Below, in pieces: positions 19,201-29,071 of a DNA stretch of 64,000 nucleotides. The notes beneath the pieces are model-generated. The model had not been told where the DNA came from and searched no databases. It saw only the letters and a list, made by a program, of their open reading frames with translations. Both the position numbers and the translations under genes were made by a program. This DNA is from Candidatus Hydrogenedentota bacterium (GTDB lineage Bacteria; Hydrogenedentota; Hydrogenedentia; Hydrogenedentales; SLHB01): contig JACRLJ010000015.1 of the NCBI GenBank assembly GCA_016215105.1, forward strand, positions 1,438 through 65,437, given 5' to 3'. Numbering within the stretch: the stretch's first letter is position 1; each line of letters opens with the position of its first letter.

Positions 19201-20532
19201 CTAGGATGGAAAACACTTTCCAAATGCGATGAGCAAGCGGGGCGAGCCTTTGATTCGGATTCGTCTGGTCAGCATTGCCCAAGCAAGGTTCTTCTCTTGA
19301 GCGAGGAACCCGAGCCACGTGGCGGCGTCAGCGGTAACGCGCAGGTTCGGGACGCCTATGTGCCCGCCGCTAACGCTAATCTGTTTGTTTCGGATGACGA
19401 TAGTTGCGGCGCGTTGCTCCTCGCCGGTGAACGTAAAATGATACGTGGCGTCGAGACCCTTGGATTGGTCGGGCTGGAAAGTCAGCGGAAGCCCTCGGAG
19501 AAATCCGTCCACCGTACGCGGACGCAGACTGGACCGGACGATCCGGGGGCGCTTGTTGGGAAATCTCTTGGCGACATGCTCCTCGGCGTCGGAGTTGCGG
19601 ACCACATAGACCGCCTCCTCTTTATCGGCAAGCGGTTTCACGTTTTCGCGCAAGTAGGCCTGTCGATTCGCGATGAACGGCGCGATTACGTCGTCGCCGG
19701 CAGGACACACCGCCATGCAGTACGCGGACTTGTAGCTAGCGCCGAACGAAAGGCTTTGCCACATTGACGCGGACTCGGAGTCGGTGACCCGTTTTCGGTA
19801 GTCGAATCGATTCCTGCTATCGGCAATGTGTTCGACCCAGTCGGTGAAGCCGCCCATGAACTCGCGGTAGTTGTGGGTGTAGCACGCGGAGAAATTGAAG
19901 TGGCCTTCCGGCGAGATCGCCCCCACAGGGCACGCGGCCACGCAGAGCTTGCACTCCAAACACGGGTTGTAGTCTATAGGCCGGCTGTACTCGGAAATCT
20001 CGGCGTCCACCAGAACTGTGCCGAGCAGGATGAAGTTGCCGAATTTTGGGTGGATGACGTTCCGGTGAATGCCCATCTTCCCGAGACCCGCGGCCACCGC
20101 TACGGGCTTGTGCGACACTACCCACGTTTTGCCCGGGAAGTTGTCCATCTCCATGGGGAAGCCCATCGCCGGATGGATCGCCCGTACGCCCCGCTCTTCG
20201 AGCGCGCGGATGATTCTTCGGCCTATATCGTCAACTTCGTCACCGGAGTGGTGGAATTCGAGATTGGCGACCGAGCGCGCGGGAGTGCGGATCGCCTCGG
20301 GGTTCATCCGGACGATGTAGCTGATCAGCGCCTTCGTCCGAGGATACGATCTGAGGATGTCGTCCCGCTGGTCATCGAGTTCCGGCCGCGTGATCTGCAC
20401 GAAGCCTACGTCATCGGCGCCGGACTCGAGGGCAAGACGCCGCAGCCATTGGGCGTCCAATACGTGGGGGCCGGTCTCATCGGTGTGACGTTCACGCAGA
20501 CGTTGCACGGTGGAATGTTCGGCAAGTTTCAT
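19201..20532 (-). CDS. 4Fe-4S ferredoxin-domain protein with a C-terminal SCP2-like domain (QueG/reductive-dehalogenase-like N-terminal region).
   Basis: CLECKLCVAACPVGAI and SAYCMAVCPAGDD cluster motifs. A C-terminal SCP2-like segment (RIRIKGSPRLLIAFGKCF). Confidence 0.7.
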   Translation of the reverse strand: MKLAEHSTVQRLRERHTDETGPHVLDAQWLRRLALESGADDVGFVQITRPELDDQRDDILRSYPRTKALISYIVRMNPEAIRTPARSVANLEFHHSGDEVDDIGRRIIRALEERGVRAIHPAMGFPMEMDNFPGKTWVVSHKPVAVAAGLGKMGIHRNVIHPKFGNFILLGTVLVDAEISEYSRPIDYNPCLECKLCVAACPVGAISPEGHFNFSACYTHNYREFMGGFTDWVEHIADSRNRFDYRKRVTDSESASMWQSLSFGASYKSAYCMAVCPAGDDVIAPFIANRQAYLRENVKPLADKEEAVYVVRNSDAEEHVAKRFPNKRPRIVRSSLRPRTVDGFLRGLPLTFQPDQSKGLDATYHFTFTGEEQRAATIVIRNKQISVSGGHIGVPNLRVTADAATWLGFLAQEKNLAWAMLTRRIRIKGSPRLLIAFGKCFPS

Positions 20533-20586
20533 TTCGAGGCTCCTTATATTGTATATACAAGTATCTAGTCAAGAAAAAAAGAGCGG

Positions 20587-21045
20587 CTAGGACGCCGTCT
20601 TCGCGCGTTGAAGCTGCTTGAATGTCTTGCCCAGCAAATTGACCACGCCGTCTCCCAGCATTCTCCGCGTCTTCTCCTGGGCTTCTTTCCAGCGGGGAAC
20701 CGCCTGTTGGAGCAGCGTCCGGCCCTCGGCGGTCAGGCGGAAGGGCTGCGCACGCGCGTCCTCCGCCTCCGGAACCACTTCCAGCCAGCCCCGTTGTCTC
20801 ATGCGCTCGACGTTGCGGCTCAACGTGGATACGTCCAGGTGTAGCAATTCGCACAGTGCGACGGGCCGGGCGACGCCCATCTTGGCCGCGGCGACAAGGA
20901 TGTTCATCTGGCTGGCCTTGAGATGAAGCGGGCGCAACTCTTCGTCGTAGATTTTCGTGACGACCCGGCTGAGCATCCGCACCCGCACGGCAAGGCACTC
21001 GGTGGCGATGGCGTCGAGATTCGCTTTGAATTCTTCGGTGTTCAT
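20587..21045 (-). CDS. MarR family transcriptional regulator.
   Basis: 152 aa winged-helix protein: LKASQMNILVAAAKMGVARPVALCELLHLDVSTLSRNVERMRQRGWL. Confidence 0.9.
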   Translation of the reverse strand: MNTEEFKANLDAIATECLAVRVRMLSRVVTKIYDEELRPLHLKASQMNILVAAAKMGVARPVALCELLHLDVSTLSRNVERMRQRGWLEVVPEAEDARAQPFRLTAEGRTLLQQAVPRWKEAQEKTRRMLGDGVVNLLGKTFKQLQRAKTAS

Positions 21046-21132
21046 TGGCGCATAGTTTCCGCTTCTGTAAGTAATTGTATATGCAATAATACCAAAATGT
21101 CAAGTCCCTGATCGGACCTCGCGCTCGCCCCC

Positions 21133-21405
21133 TTAATCCGCTATGCCAAGGATGTAGGGCGCGACAACGAAGTGGTATTCAGCGGCGACGAGGGCGCCAC
21201 AGGTGGCCACGAACAAACCTAACTTGAGTTCCGCCCACCAATCCTCGGTGAGCTGGCCGTCAAATAGCGACACAAAATCGGGTTTGATCCAGAAGTAGAT
21301 GGCGTCGAGAAACCCTTGGAAGTCGTCGAACAGAAGTTTTCCGTAAAGAATAAATATCGGAACGTTTACGAGAGTGAGAATCACCCAAGGAAGATACGGA
21401 CCCAT
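21133..21405 (-). CDS. Small hypothetical membrane protein.
   Basis: 90 aa with two hydrophobic helices. No homology call. Confidence 0.45.
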   Translation of the reverse strand: MGPYLPWVILTLVNVPIFILYGKLLFDDFQGFLDAIYFWIKPDFVSLFDGQLTEDWWAELKLGLFVATCGALVAAEYHFVVAPYILGIAD

Positions 21406-21427
21406 GTGAACCCCCTTTCTACTGGTT

Positions 21428-22837
21428 CTATTCTACCAAGTCGAACGTGAAGAGTTCCGCCCGGGTAAGCCGGAAGACGATGCGCGCCTCGGATTCGGCG
21501 CATTCGGCGAGCGGTTGGCCCTTCCAGGTGACAGGCACGGCGAACCCCGAGGCCGTTACGGGGTCGCAGTCGTCGAAGGAGTAACCCGCGATAGCCTTGT
21601 TGTTGTCCGTGCGGAGTTCCGCGCGGACTTCGCCCTGGACTTTCGCATTCAACGTGAGGCCGCGGCGCTTCACTTCAAAAGGCCGGGTCATGATCGTACC
21701 AGGCTCGGACGAATTGGGCCGCACGCCGACCAGGCGATCGCGCTCGGACGTCATGAGCCCTATCGCGGCCACATTTTCCTCCCTGGTGTCGTGAGGGAGG
21801 GGAAATCCGCCGTAGTAGAACCGCATTTCGTCTCCGACGACGACCGGCGATTCCGCAACCATGGCCATGCCCGCGTCCCAAGCGCCGTCGGGGCCGCGTG
21901 AGACAAAGATCGGATGCGTCGCGACCTGGCTCCAGTGCTCGCCATCGCCACTCCAGGCCAGTTCGGCCTGCATATAGCCGGTGGACTTGTCATAGAGCTG
22001 CAACGCGCCGAAGAAGAGGTCACCGCGCCGGAACACGGTCATACCATAGAACTCCGGTGTGTCGGTCTCGCTAGGCACGAGGATCGTGCGTTCGTGGGGC
22101 CAGTGTTGCAGGTCGTTGCTCACCGTCAGCGACACGCGGCGCTTGTGGTAGCCCGCATACGCGCGCGGACGGCAGAACAGTAGCCACCGGTCACGGACTT
22201 CGTCGTAGACGACGTTGTTATGGGTGTCGCTGTGATACGAGAGCGCGGGTGTATCCCAAAGCCACTTGAAGGTCTTTCCGTCATCCGACGACGAGAAGAA
22301 GAGGCCGCCCTTTTGGTTGTGCAGGGCGAGGAATCTGCCAGGATATGCGCTGGGCTTGGGGTTCAGGCAGACATCGATGTTCTGCGTCTTGTCCGTGCCC
22401 AGCTTGATGCAGTTGTTCACGGTGCTGCCTTCGCAATCGAACACGCCGAGGTCGGGTTTCCGCCACGCGATGCCATCGTCTGACTCGGCGTAGCAGACGT
22501 TGTAGGAAAATGGCAGTTTGTTTTCGTAGGCGTGACGATTCCACACGGAGTACCACATCTTGTACGTGTGGTCTTGTGGGTCAAGAATCACAGAGCCGCC
22601 CATGTGCGGGCCAGTCCCTTCCCACGGCTTGTCCCGCACGATGAGGGGATTCTTGGGATGGCGGACGGGCGGGACGACGAAGCGTTCGAGCAGCCAGCGA
22701 TCTTCGACGACGCGATCATCGCAGAAGAAGTACGGCCCTTTCGCGGCGGCGATACGGTACGACACATCGATGGGCGCGGCGGACGTATCAGCACCCAACA
22801 CCGCGACGACGGCAACGAGCAAGGCCGAGACGCTCAT
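21428..22837 (-). CDS. Secreted five-bladed beta-propeller glycoside hydrolase (GH43/GH32/GH117/GH130-superfamily-like).
   Basis: Signal peptide. Propeller-type motifs: MWYSVW, CYAESDDGIAWRKP, SSSDDGKTFKW and WDAGMAMVAESPVVVGDEMRFYYGG. Family assignment is uncertain. Confidence 0.7.
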   Translation of the reverse strand: MSVSALLVAVVAVLGADTSAAPIDVSYRIAAAKGPYFFCDDRVVEDRWLLERFVVPPVRHPKNPLIVRDKPWEGTGPHMGGSVILDPQDHTYKMWYSVWNRHAYENKLPFSYNVCYAESDDGIAWRKPDLGVFDCEGSTVNNCIKLGTDKTQNIDVCLNPKPSAYPGRFLALHNQKGGLFFSSSDDGKTFKWLWDTPALSYHSDTHNNVVYDEVRDRWLLFCRPRAYAGYHKRRVSLTVSNDLQHWPHERTILVPSETDTPEFYGMTVFRRGDLFFGALQLYDKSTGYMQAELAWSGDGEHWSQVATHPIFVSRGPDGAWDAGMAMVAESPVVVGDEMRFYYGGFPLPHDTREENVAAIGLMTSERDRLVGVRPNSSEPGTIMTRPFEVKRRGLTLNAKVQGEVRAELRTDNNKAIAGYSFDDCDPVTASGFAVPVTWKGQPLAECAESEARIVFRLTRAELFTFDLVE

Positions 22838-22838
22838 C

Positions 22839-23873
22839 TCATTTCCCTTTCGTGTCCGCGGCGGTTTTTTCGACGGCGCCCCAGAACCGGATCGTCCGGT
22901 CTCCGGACGACGACATCAGCCGGGTACCGTTGGCGTAGAAGACAAGACCATAGACGTTGGCCGTGCCGCCGTGTTTGAGCTCTTTGAGCAAAGGCAATGC
23001 GGGCTGGGCGAGGTCAGTTCCGAGGACGCGGATGCGGCCATCGTAGGCCGACACGGCCATGGCGTCTCCGGTTGGCGCGAAGGCTATGGTGTCAATGTTG
23101 TTGTTAAACGCGGCATAGGTGGACGTCTTGGAAGGCGTTTGCGCGTCGTACAGCGTGACGTGATCGCCGCCGCAGGCGATCTTGGCGCCGTCGGGCAATA
23201 TGGAGATCGCGTTGGCGTACTTCGGGCCCGGCGCCGTCCACAGGCTCCTCTTGGTCTTCCAGTCCACAAGGCTAACTTGGTCGGACAGGGTGGCCACGGC
23301 CAGTTTGTCATTGGCGCGGTTCATGTCCCATGCCGTAATTCGGTCCGGGGCCTCCCACCGGTCAATTTGGGTCAATGCGGCGGGGGCGCCGGCGCGATAG
23401 AGGCGGAGTATCGAACCCGCCTTGTCCGGTGAAAATTCCAGGCACATGAGGAGAGTGCGGTCGGGTGACCAGCGCATTCGTTGCGCCGGTCCCGGAACCA
23501 GTGATTGCACGAGCGTCCCCGAGATGTCGTACAACGCCAGTCCGGCCTTGGAACTGCACAAGACCCGGGGCGACTCCGGGTTCAGCGGCCAGAACACAGC
23601 GTACAGCGCGTCGTACGGTTCGACGCCGGGAATAGAGTACGCGTCAACGGATTTCTTCGTCGCGATGCCGTAAATGCGGATCAGCGCTTCCTCTTCGCTT
23701 ACGACGAGCGCGAGACGGCCGTCCGGGCTGATATCGCATTGAGTGAGATGTCCGTGACCTACATTGATGGAGCCAGTCTGCCCCCACGCGGCCCAGTCCG
23801 AAGGGGCCGCGTATGCGGCGGACGCGGAGATCAGGAGAATCATAGTAACAGTGGAAGAAACAACGCGACTCAT
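22839..23873 (-). CDS. Secreted WD40/beta-propeller repeat protein.
   Basis: Signal peptide MILLISASAAYAAPS. Repeated WD-like blades (e.g. IRFWG). Two bp downstream spacing to the GH gene. Confidence 0.7.
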   Translation of the reverse strand: MSRVVSSTVTMILLISASAAYAAPSDWAAWGQTGSINVGHGHLTQCDISPDGRLALVVSEEEALIRIYGIATKKSVDAYSIPGVEPYDALYAVFWPLNPESPRVLCSSKAGLALYDISGTLVQSLVPGPAQRMRWSPDRTLLMCLEFSPDKAGSILRLYRAGAPAALTQIDRWEAPDRITAWDMNRANDKLAVATLSDQVSLVDWKTKRSLWTAPGPKYANAISILPDGAKIACGGDHVTLYDAQTPSKTSTYAAFNNNIDTIAFAPTGDAMAVSAYDGRIRVLGTDLAQPALPLLKELKHGGTANVYGLVFYANGTRLMSSSGDRTIRFWGAVEKTAADTKGK

Positions 23874-23884
23874 GAACGCGATCC

Positions 23885-24937
23885 TTATTCTCTAATAACC
23901 AATTCCGACTGCAATGGCCGGTGATCCGATTGAATATCCGGTCCTACGACGCAGCGGCTGACTGCAAACTCCTTGCTCACCAGGCAATGGTCCAACGGAA
24001 TCATGAACGGCGACAGGCCCGCCGGCCACGTGGGCAGAATACCAAAACCTTGCCTCGCGTTTCGCAGTCCGCTTTCTTTAATGAGTTGCTTGTAGAAAGG
24101 CGACCACATCGAGGTATTGAAATCGCCCAATACCACTAGTGGACCCTGCCGTCGGTCAACCTGTTCACCTGCCGCGCGGAGCATCGCGTTGCGGACGCGA
24201 GCGTATTCCTCCGTGACGGGGGGCAAGGTGTGAAGACAGAGCAGTTGGACCTGCGCGCTACCCACGGCAATTGACGCTACGATGGCTGGGACCTCGGCGT
24301 CCGCGAGGTAGACCGTGTTTGTGTCCTTGAGAGGCGCTTGGCTGAACAAAGCAATGCCGAAGTTGTCATCGCGGGGCCGTTCGATACGGTACGGGTACAG
24401 CGCGCGCAAGGGGGCGAGATCGCGCAGCCAGGCGGCGTTCACTTCCTGCAGCGCCAGAATGTCCGGCTTCGTCCTCAAGATGTATTCAACAAGACTCCTG
24501 TGATTGGTGTTCTCTGTGTGAACGTTTGCCGTCACCACGGTGAGGCGCGCGCGGGCCACGGCAGCCGATGCGCTTGCTGGAACGTAACACATCATCGCGG
24601 GCGCACCATTGACGAGCAGGAGCAGGCCTGCTATAGCGGCCCACCCCCAGCGCCGCGCTGCGGTGAGTGTTACTGTCGCGATGAGCGCCACACCGAAGTA
24701 GAAGGCGACGAAGTGCGTCGCAAGTTCAAAGCGGTAATAGAATGGCGCCAGATAGCCTGTGAAGGTCGCCATCGCCACACCAACCACGGCAACCTGAGAC
24801 CACCAACAGAAGCGACTGAGAACTGAGGCGGGCCACCTGCGCGATGGGGAATTCACGGCGTCGGATTCGGATTTGTAGTCTGCCGGAAGTCCTTCTTCGC
24901 TCATGCGTATCCTCGCAAGGAGATCGATTAAGGTCAC
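23885..24937 (-). CDS. Endonuclease/exonuclease/phosphatase (EEP) family membrane-anchored protein.
   Basis: N-terminal TM helices. EEP motifs: ILALQEV, LVVLGDFNTSMW and PDIQSDHRPL. Confidence 0.85.
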   Translation of the reverse strand: MTLIDLLARIRMSEEGLPADYKSESDAVNSPSRRWPASVLSRFCWWSQVAVVGVAMATFTGYLAPFYYRFELATHFVAFYFGVALIATVTLTAARRWGWAAIAGLLLLVNGAPAMMCYVPASASAAVARARLTVVTANVHTENTNHRSLVEYILRTKPDILALQEVNAAWLRDLAPLRALYPYRIERPRDDNFGIALFSQAPLKDTNTVYLADAEVPAIVASIAVGSAQVQLLCLHTLPPVTEEYARVRNAMLRAAGEQVDRRQGPLVVLGDFNTSMWSPFYKQLIKESGLRNARQGFGILPTWPAGLSPFMIPLDHCLVSKEFAVSRCVVGPDIQSDHRPLQSELVIRE

Positions 24938-25608
24938 TACGAAACGCGGGCTGGCGTTCCCACACTCGCTCGATTCTCCAAGATGTATCGGATCAAGGGA
25001 TCCAGTGAATCGAAGACCGCTTCGGGCTCGAGGGCTTCGAGTTCGGCGCGGGTGGCGTAGCCGGTGGCGACGCAGAGGCAGCGGACGTTGGCGGCGCGAG
25101 CGGCCAGCGCGTCGAAGTGCATGTCGCCAATGAATAGCATTTTCTCGGGCGGCAGGTTGAAGTGCGCCAACGCCTTGAGGACGGCTTCGGGGTGCGGCTT
25201 GGGGTTTACGACATCTTCCGGGCCGATGCGCACTTCAAAGTAGTCCAGGACGCCCAGGTGGTCGAGAATCATCTCGGCGTATTTCCGGAGCTTCGAGGTG
25301 GCGAATCCGAGACGGAATCCCTCGCGTTGAAGCAGAGCCAACGCTTCGCGCCCGCCCGGCAAGAGCGTGGTCATATCACATGCGATCTTTTCGTAGTGCG
25401 CGCGGTAGACGCGCGCGCAGTCGTCAGGGTCACGTTGGGAGAGTTGGGCGAATTGTTGTTCGAGCGTGAATCCGATGCTGTTCACGACGGCGTCGCGTGG
25501 CGGACGGGGGTCACCGAATTTGTCGCAGGTGTGCATGAACGATTCGACGATGGCGTCGGTGGAGTCGATGAGGGTTCCGTCAAGGTCAAAGGTTACCGCT
25601 TCAATCAT
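24937..25608 (-). CDS. HAD-family hydrolase (phosphoglycolate-phosphatase-like).
   Basis: DxDGTL motif (FDLDGTLID), GFATSK and FIGDMHFD motifs. Confidence 0.9.
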   Translation of the reverse strand: MIEAVTFDLDGTLIDSTDAIVESFMHTCDKFGDPRPPRDAVVNSIGFTLEQQFAQLSQRDPDDCARVYRAHYEKIACDMTTLLPGGREALALLQREGFRLGFATSKLRKYAEMILDHLGVLDYFEVRIGPEDVVNPKPHPEAVLKALAHFNLPPEKMLFIGDMHFDALAARAANVRCLCVATGYATRAELEALEPEAVFDSLDPLIRYILENRASVGTPARVS

Positions 25609-25721
25609 CAGTCAATCCGATCCTATGGTCCGTTTAATGGACGATTGTCTTGGGCTACGTCGAAATGCAGGCGGATGAGGACATCCGCCCTCCCACAATC
25701 CGATTTTGCTAGAGGAGTCCT

Positions 25722-26336
25722 TTACGAAATACGCACGCGGCGGCCTTCGACGCGGACACGGCCTTGAGCGATCAGTTGGATCGCTTGGGGATAGAGTTCG
25801 CGTTCCTTGGCCATGACGCGTTCGGCGAGGGAGTCCGGGGTATCGTCGTCGAGCACGGGCACACACCCCTGCAGGATGATAGGGCCGTGGTCGTACTCAT
25901 TGTCGGCGAAGTGGATCGTGGCGCCGCTGACTTTCGCGCCGTAGGCCAAGACCGCTTCGTGGACATGGTGGCCGTAGAGGCCCTTGCCGCAGAATGCCGG
26001 GATCAGCGCCGGGTGCGTATTGATAATCCGGTGGGTGAAGTCGGCCGGAATGTCCAAGAGGCTCATGAATCCGGCCAGGACGACGAGGTCCACCGGATGC
26101 TGGCGGACGGCGCCCCAAATGGCGGCGTTGAATTGCGCGAGGTCCGCATAGTCCTTACGAGGCACGGCTATGGCGGGGATTTTGCGTAGCCGCGCACGTT
26201 CGAGTCCGTAGGCGTCCTTACGCGAGCTGATGACGCACAGGACTTTGGCGTCCAAAGCGCCGCGGTCGATGTGCTCGAGAATGTTTTGCAGCGTGGTGCC
26301 CCCGCCGGAGAGCAGTACAGCTAGATTCAAAGGCAT
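25722..26336 (-). CDS. purN: Phosphoribosylglycinamide formyltransferase.
   Basis: Formyl-transferase N-terminal domain: LLSGGGTTLQNIL, HRIINTHPALIPAFCG and HFADNEYDHGPII. Confidence 0.9.
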   Translation of the reverse strand: MPLNLAVLLSGGGTTLQNILEHIDRGALDAKVLCVISSRKDAYGLERARLRKIPAIAVPRKDYADLAQFNAAIWGAVRQHPVDLVVLAGFMSLLDIPADFTHRIINTHPALIPAFCGKGLYGHHVHEAVLAYGAKVSGATIHFADNEYDHGPIILQGCVPVLDDDTPDSLAERVMAKERELYPQAIQLIAQGRVRVEGRRVRIS

Positions 26337-26468
26337 GGCCGTTGCGGTTTCCTTGCGTCGCGCCGTGGTTTGAGTTCAACAGATTCAGCGGGCACAAGTT
26401 TAGCGTGGCTCAGGGCCGAAGACAAAAAAATGCGCGTCTGACTGGGAGGCGATGGCGGCACGCACGAA

Positions 26469-26484
26469 GGGCACGGTTCTTGCT
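26469..26484 (+). promoter_or_regulatory. Candidate sigma-54 (-24/-12) promoter upstream of amtB.
   Basis: GGGCAC-ggttc-TTGCT matches TGGCAC-N5-TTGCW. It lies about 250 bp upstream of the amtB start. Confidence 0.35.
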
Positions 26485-26731
26485 GATTTGTTCCACGAGC
26501 AGCCGTATTTCGGGGTAGAAGATACGTTTGAGTGTCTTTTTGAGCCAAGAAGATACCTAAGCGTAGCAACGCGGGATCGCCCCTTCTACTCCGCCCGGTT
26601 TGCGCAATCTCCTGCAGGAGCCCTATTCGATTTAGCCGATCCACCGACGATGTGCGGCGAGGTCAATCTCGCCGTCAGGGTAGCTGCGTCTTCCTGGGCT
26701 TCGGTCCAGACAGTAAGAAGGAGAACTGCGC

Positions 26732-27964
26732 GTGAACGTGATTCGACGAGGATTATTTGAAACCAAGACCGCTTGGGGTATCCGCGCGGCGTTGATTATT
26801 ATGGGTTGTACCCTGGCGGCAGGCGCGGCGCCGGCCGCTCCGATCAACTCGGGTGACACTGCATGGATGTTGACCTCGATGGCGCTGGTGTTGTTCATGA
26901 CGCTGCCGGGGCTGGCATTGTTCTATGGCGGGCTGGTTCGCAGCAAGAACGTGCTCTCCGGTGGTCTGGACCGGGTCTTTTGCCGCGGCATTACTCCGGA
27001 TAGCGTTTGGGAAACGCAAACGATTCCCGAATCGCTTTTCTTTTGCTATCAACTGACCTTCGCCATCATTACGCCGGGCCTGATCATTGGCGCGTTTGCC
27101 GAGCGCATGAAGTTCTCGGCGATGATGTGGTTCATGGGGCTGTGGACGACGATTGTGTATTCTCCCATTGCGCACATGGTGTGGGGCGGGCCGGGGGCGT
27201 TTCTGGCGGACGGACACGTGCTGGATTTCGCGGGCGGGATCGTGGTGCATCTCAACGCGGGTATTGCGGCGCTCGTCGCGGCCATCATGCTCGGGAAACG
27301 CCAGGGCTATCCACACATGGCCATGCCGCCGCACAGCTTGCCACTGACGATGATTGGCACGGGCATGCTGTGGGTAGGGTGGTTCGGTTTCAACGCGGGC
27401 AGCGCGGTGGCTGCGAATACGACGGCGGCCATGGCGATGCTGGTTACACACCTGGCGGCCGGGTTCGCGGCGCTGACCTGGATGTACATCGAGTGGTTCA
27501 AGAACGGCAAGCCGAGTGTGCTGGGCATCTGTACGGGCGCGGTGGCGGGGCTGGCCACGGTTACTCCCGCGTCGGGGTTTGTTGGCCCCATCGGCGGTAT
27601 CGTGATTGGTATCGCGGCGGCGATCGTGTGTTACTTTTTCGCCACGGCGGTCAAGCGAAAGTTTGGATACGACGACTCGCTCGACGCGTTCGGCGTACAC
27701 GGGGTCGGCGGCACGCTGGGAGTAATTCTTACGGCATTTTTCGCCAACAAGGCGCTCGGCGGCTATTCGCCGAACGACCTCGGAATATTCTCGCAGTTGA
27801 TGGCTCAACTGAAGGGGATCGTGGTTACGTTAGTCTGGTCGGGGCTAGTCTCGTACGTGATTCTTAAGGCGCTCGACGCGACCGTCGGACTTCGCGTTAG
27901 CGATCAGGAAGAAACGGAAGGGCTTGACCTCACGCAGCAGGACGAGCGCGCGTACGACCATTAG
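26732..27964 (+). CDS. amtB: Ammonium transporter (Amt family).
   Basis: GTG start after AAGAAGGAGAA. Signal peptide plus 11 TM segments. Amt motifs: DFAGGIVVHLNAGIAALV and GVHGVGGTLG. Confidence 0.92.
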   Translation: MNVIRRGLFETKTAWGIRAALIIMGCTLAAGAAPAAPINSGDTAWMLTSMALVLFMTLPGLALFYGGLVRSKNVLSGGLDRVFCRGITPDSVWETQTIPESLFFCYQLTFAIITPGLIIGAFAERMKFSAMMWFMGLWTTIVYSPIAHMVWGGPGAFLADGHVLDFAGGIVVHLNAGIAALVAAIMLGKRQGYPHMAMPPHSLPLTMIGTGMLWVGWFGFNAGSAVAANTTAAMAMLVTHLAAGFAALTWMYIEWFKNGKPSVLGICTGAVAGLATVTPASGFVGPIGGIVIGIAAAIVCYFFATAVKRKFGYDDSLDAFGVHGVGGTLGVILTAFFANKALGGYSPNDLGIFSQLMAQLKGIVVTLVWSGLVSYVILKALDATVGLRVSDQEETEGLDLTQQDERAYDH

Positions 27965-28051
27965 GCTGGGTTCCGGGACGTGATGAGACGGGATGGGAAC
28001 TAATGGGATGGGAATCAATGCGAAATCCGTCTCCGTGATTGGTAAGGGAAA

Positions 28052-28181
28052 GACGCCGAATTTCGCACAACACTGACACGCGAATTTCAGCATCAAGAAC
28101 AAGCGGGCGTCGAGCTTGTGTCGAGAGAGGGACAGACACCGAATTTCGCACAACACCGACGTGCGAATTTCGGTGTCAGTC
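28052..28181. repeat. Two related imperfect palindromes/direct repeats downstream of amtB.
   Basis: 28052..28094 reads GACGCCGAATTTCGCACAACACTGACACGCGAATTTCAGC. 28131..28181 reads GACAGACACCGAATTTCGCACAACACCGACGTGCGAATTTCGGTGTCAGTC, with a near-perfect 17-bp stem. Seen directly in the sequence. Confidence 0.6.
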
Positions 28182-28203
28182 CCAAGCGCGTAATGTAGGT
28201 TCG

Positions 28204-29043
28204 TTAGCTTGGCCAGACGCCAGTGAAGACTTCGGTGGCGGGGCCTTCCTGGTAAACGTAGCCGTCTTCGGCCCATTCGATGGTAAGCGTGCCGTAGACG
28301 AGGTGGACGTTGACGCGGCGGTCAACGCGGTTGGTGATCATCGCGGCGAGGGCGGAACCGCAGGAGCCGCTGCCGCTGGCCATGGTGACGCCGCTGCCGC
28401 GTTCCCATATGCGCATGACCATATTTTGGCGGTCGCGCACGGTGACAAATTCGACGTTGGTGCGCTTCGGGAAGGACCGGTGGCGCTCGATCCTCGGGCC
28501 GAGTTCGGTTAAGGGAACCGTAGTGGCGTCTTCCACGAAGATCACCGCGTGCGGGTTGCCGATATTGGCGCAGGTGACCTTGACCGATTGGCCGTTTCCG
28601 AGGTCGAGTTCCTCTTCGAGTACGCGGCCTTCGGGTCCCAGCATCGGAATTTCCGAGCGCTCGAATCGGGGCTTGCCCATGTTCGAGCGCACGGTGACGA
28701 CCTTTCCGTTGTCGGTGGTGAGCGTGACGCGGTTGGGACCCGCGAGCGTGTCGATGACGAATTCCTTTTTGGAGGTCATCTTGCGTTCGTAGACGTACTT
28801 GGCGAAACAGCGAATCCCGTTGCCACAGGTCTCGGCCTCGCTGCCGTCCGCGTTGAAGATGCGCATGGCGAAATCAGCCTTGTCACTCGGGGAAACGAGG
28901 ATGATTCCATCCGAGCCGGCGCCCAAATGGCGATGGCTCATCTGCCGCGAAAGCTCGGCGGGATCGGCGATGGGGTACTTGGAGGTCTCGATGTAGAAAT
29001 AGTCGTTACCGAGGCCGTGCATCTTGGTGAATTCAATAGACAT
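28204..29043 (-). CDS. dapF: Diaminopimelate epimerase.
   Basis: FTKMHGLGNDY and ETCGNGIRCFAKY catalytic Cys motifs. 279 aa. Confidence 0.92.
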   Translation of the reverse strand: MSIEFTKMHGLGNDYFYIETSKYPIADPAELSRQMSHRHLGAGSDGIILVSPSDKADFAMRIFNADGSEAETCGNGIRCFAKYVYERKMTSKKEFVIDTLAGPNRVTLTTDNGKVVTVRSNMGKPRFERSEIPMLGPEGRVLEEELDLGNGQSVKVTCANIGNPHAVIFVEDATTVPLTELGPRIERHRSFPKRTNVEFVTVRDRQNMVMRIWERGSGVTMASGSGSCGSALAAMITNRVDRRVNVHLVYGTLTIEWAEDGYVYQEGPATEVFTGVWPS

Positions 29044-29071
29044 GAGCTCAAGTGATCCAATCTGTCTTGGT

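Noticed and set aside
22560-23432. 290-aa plus ORF
   Set aside because: Antisense to the WD40 and propeller-GH genes.
26452-26760. 102-aa plus ORF in the amtB leader
   Set aside because: No RBS, Arg-rich. Overlaps the candidate sigma-54 promoter and amtB start. More likely untranslated leader.
26753-27808. 351-aa minus ORF
   Set aside because: Antisense to amtB. His/Arg-rich junk.
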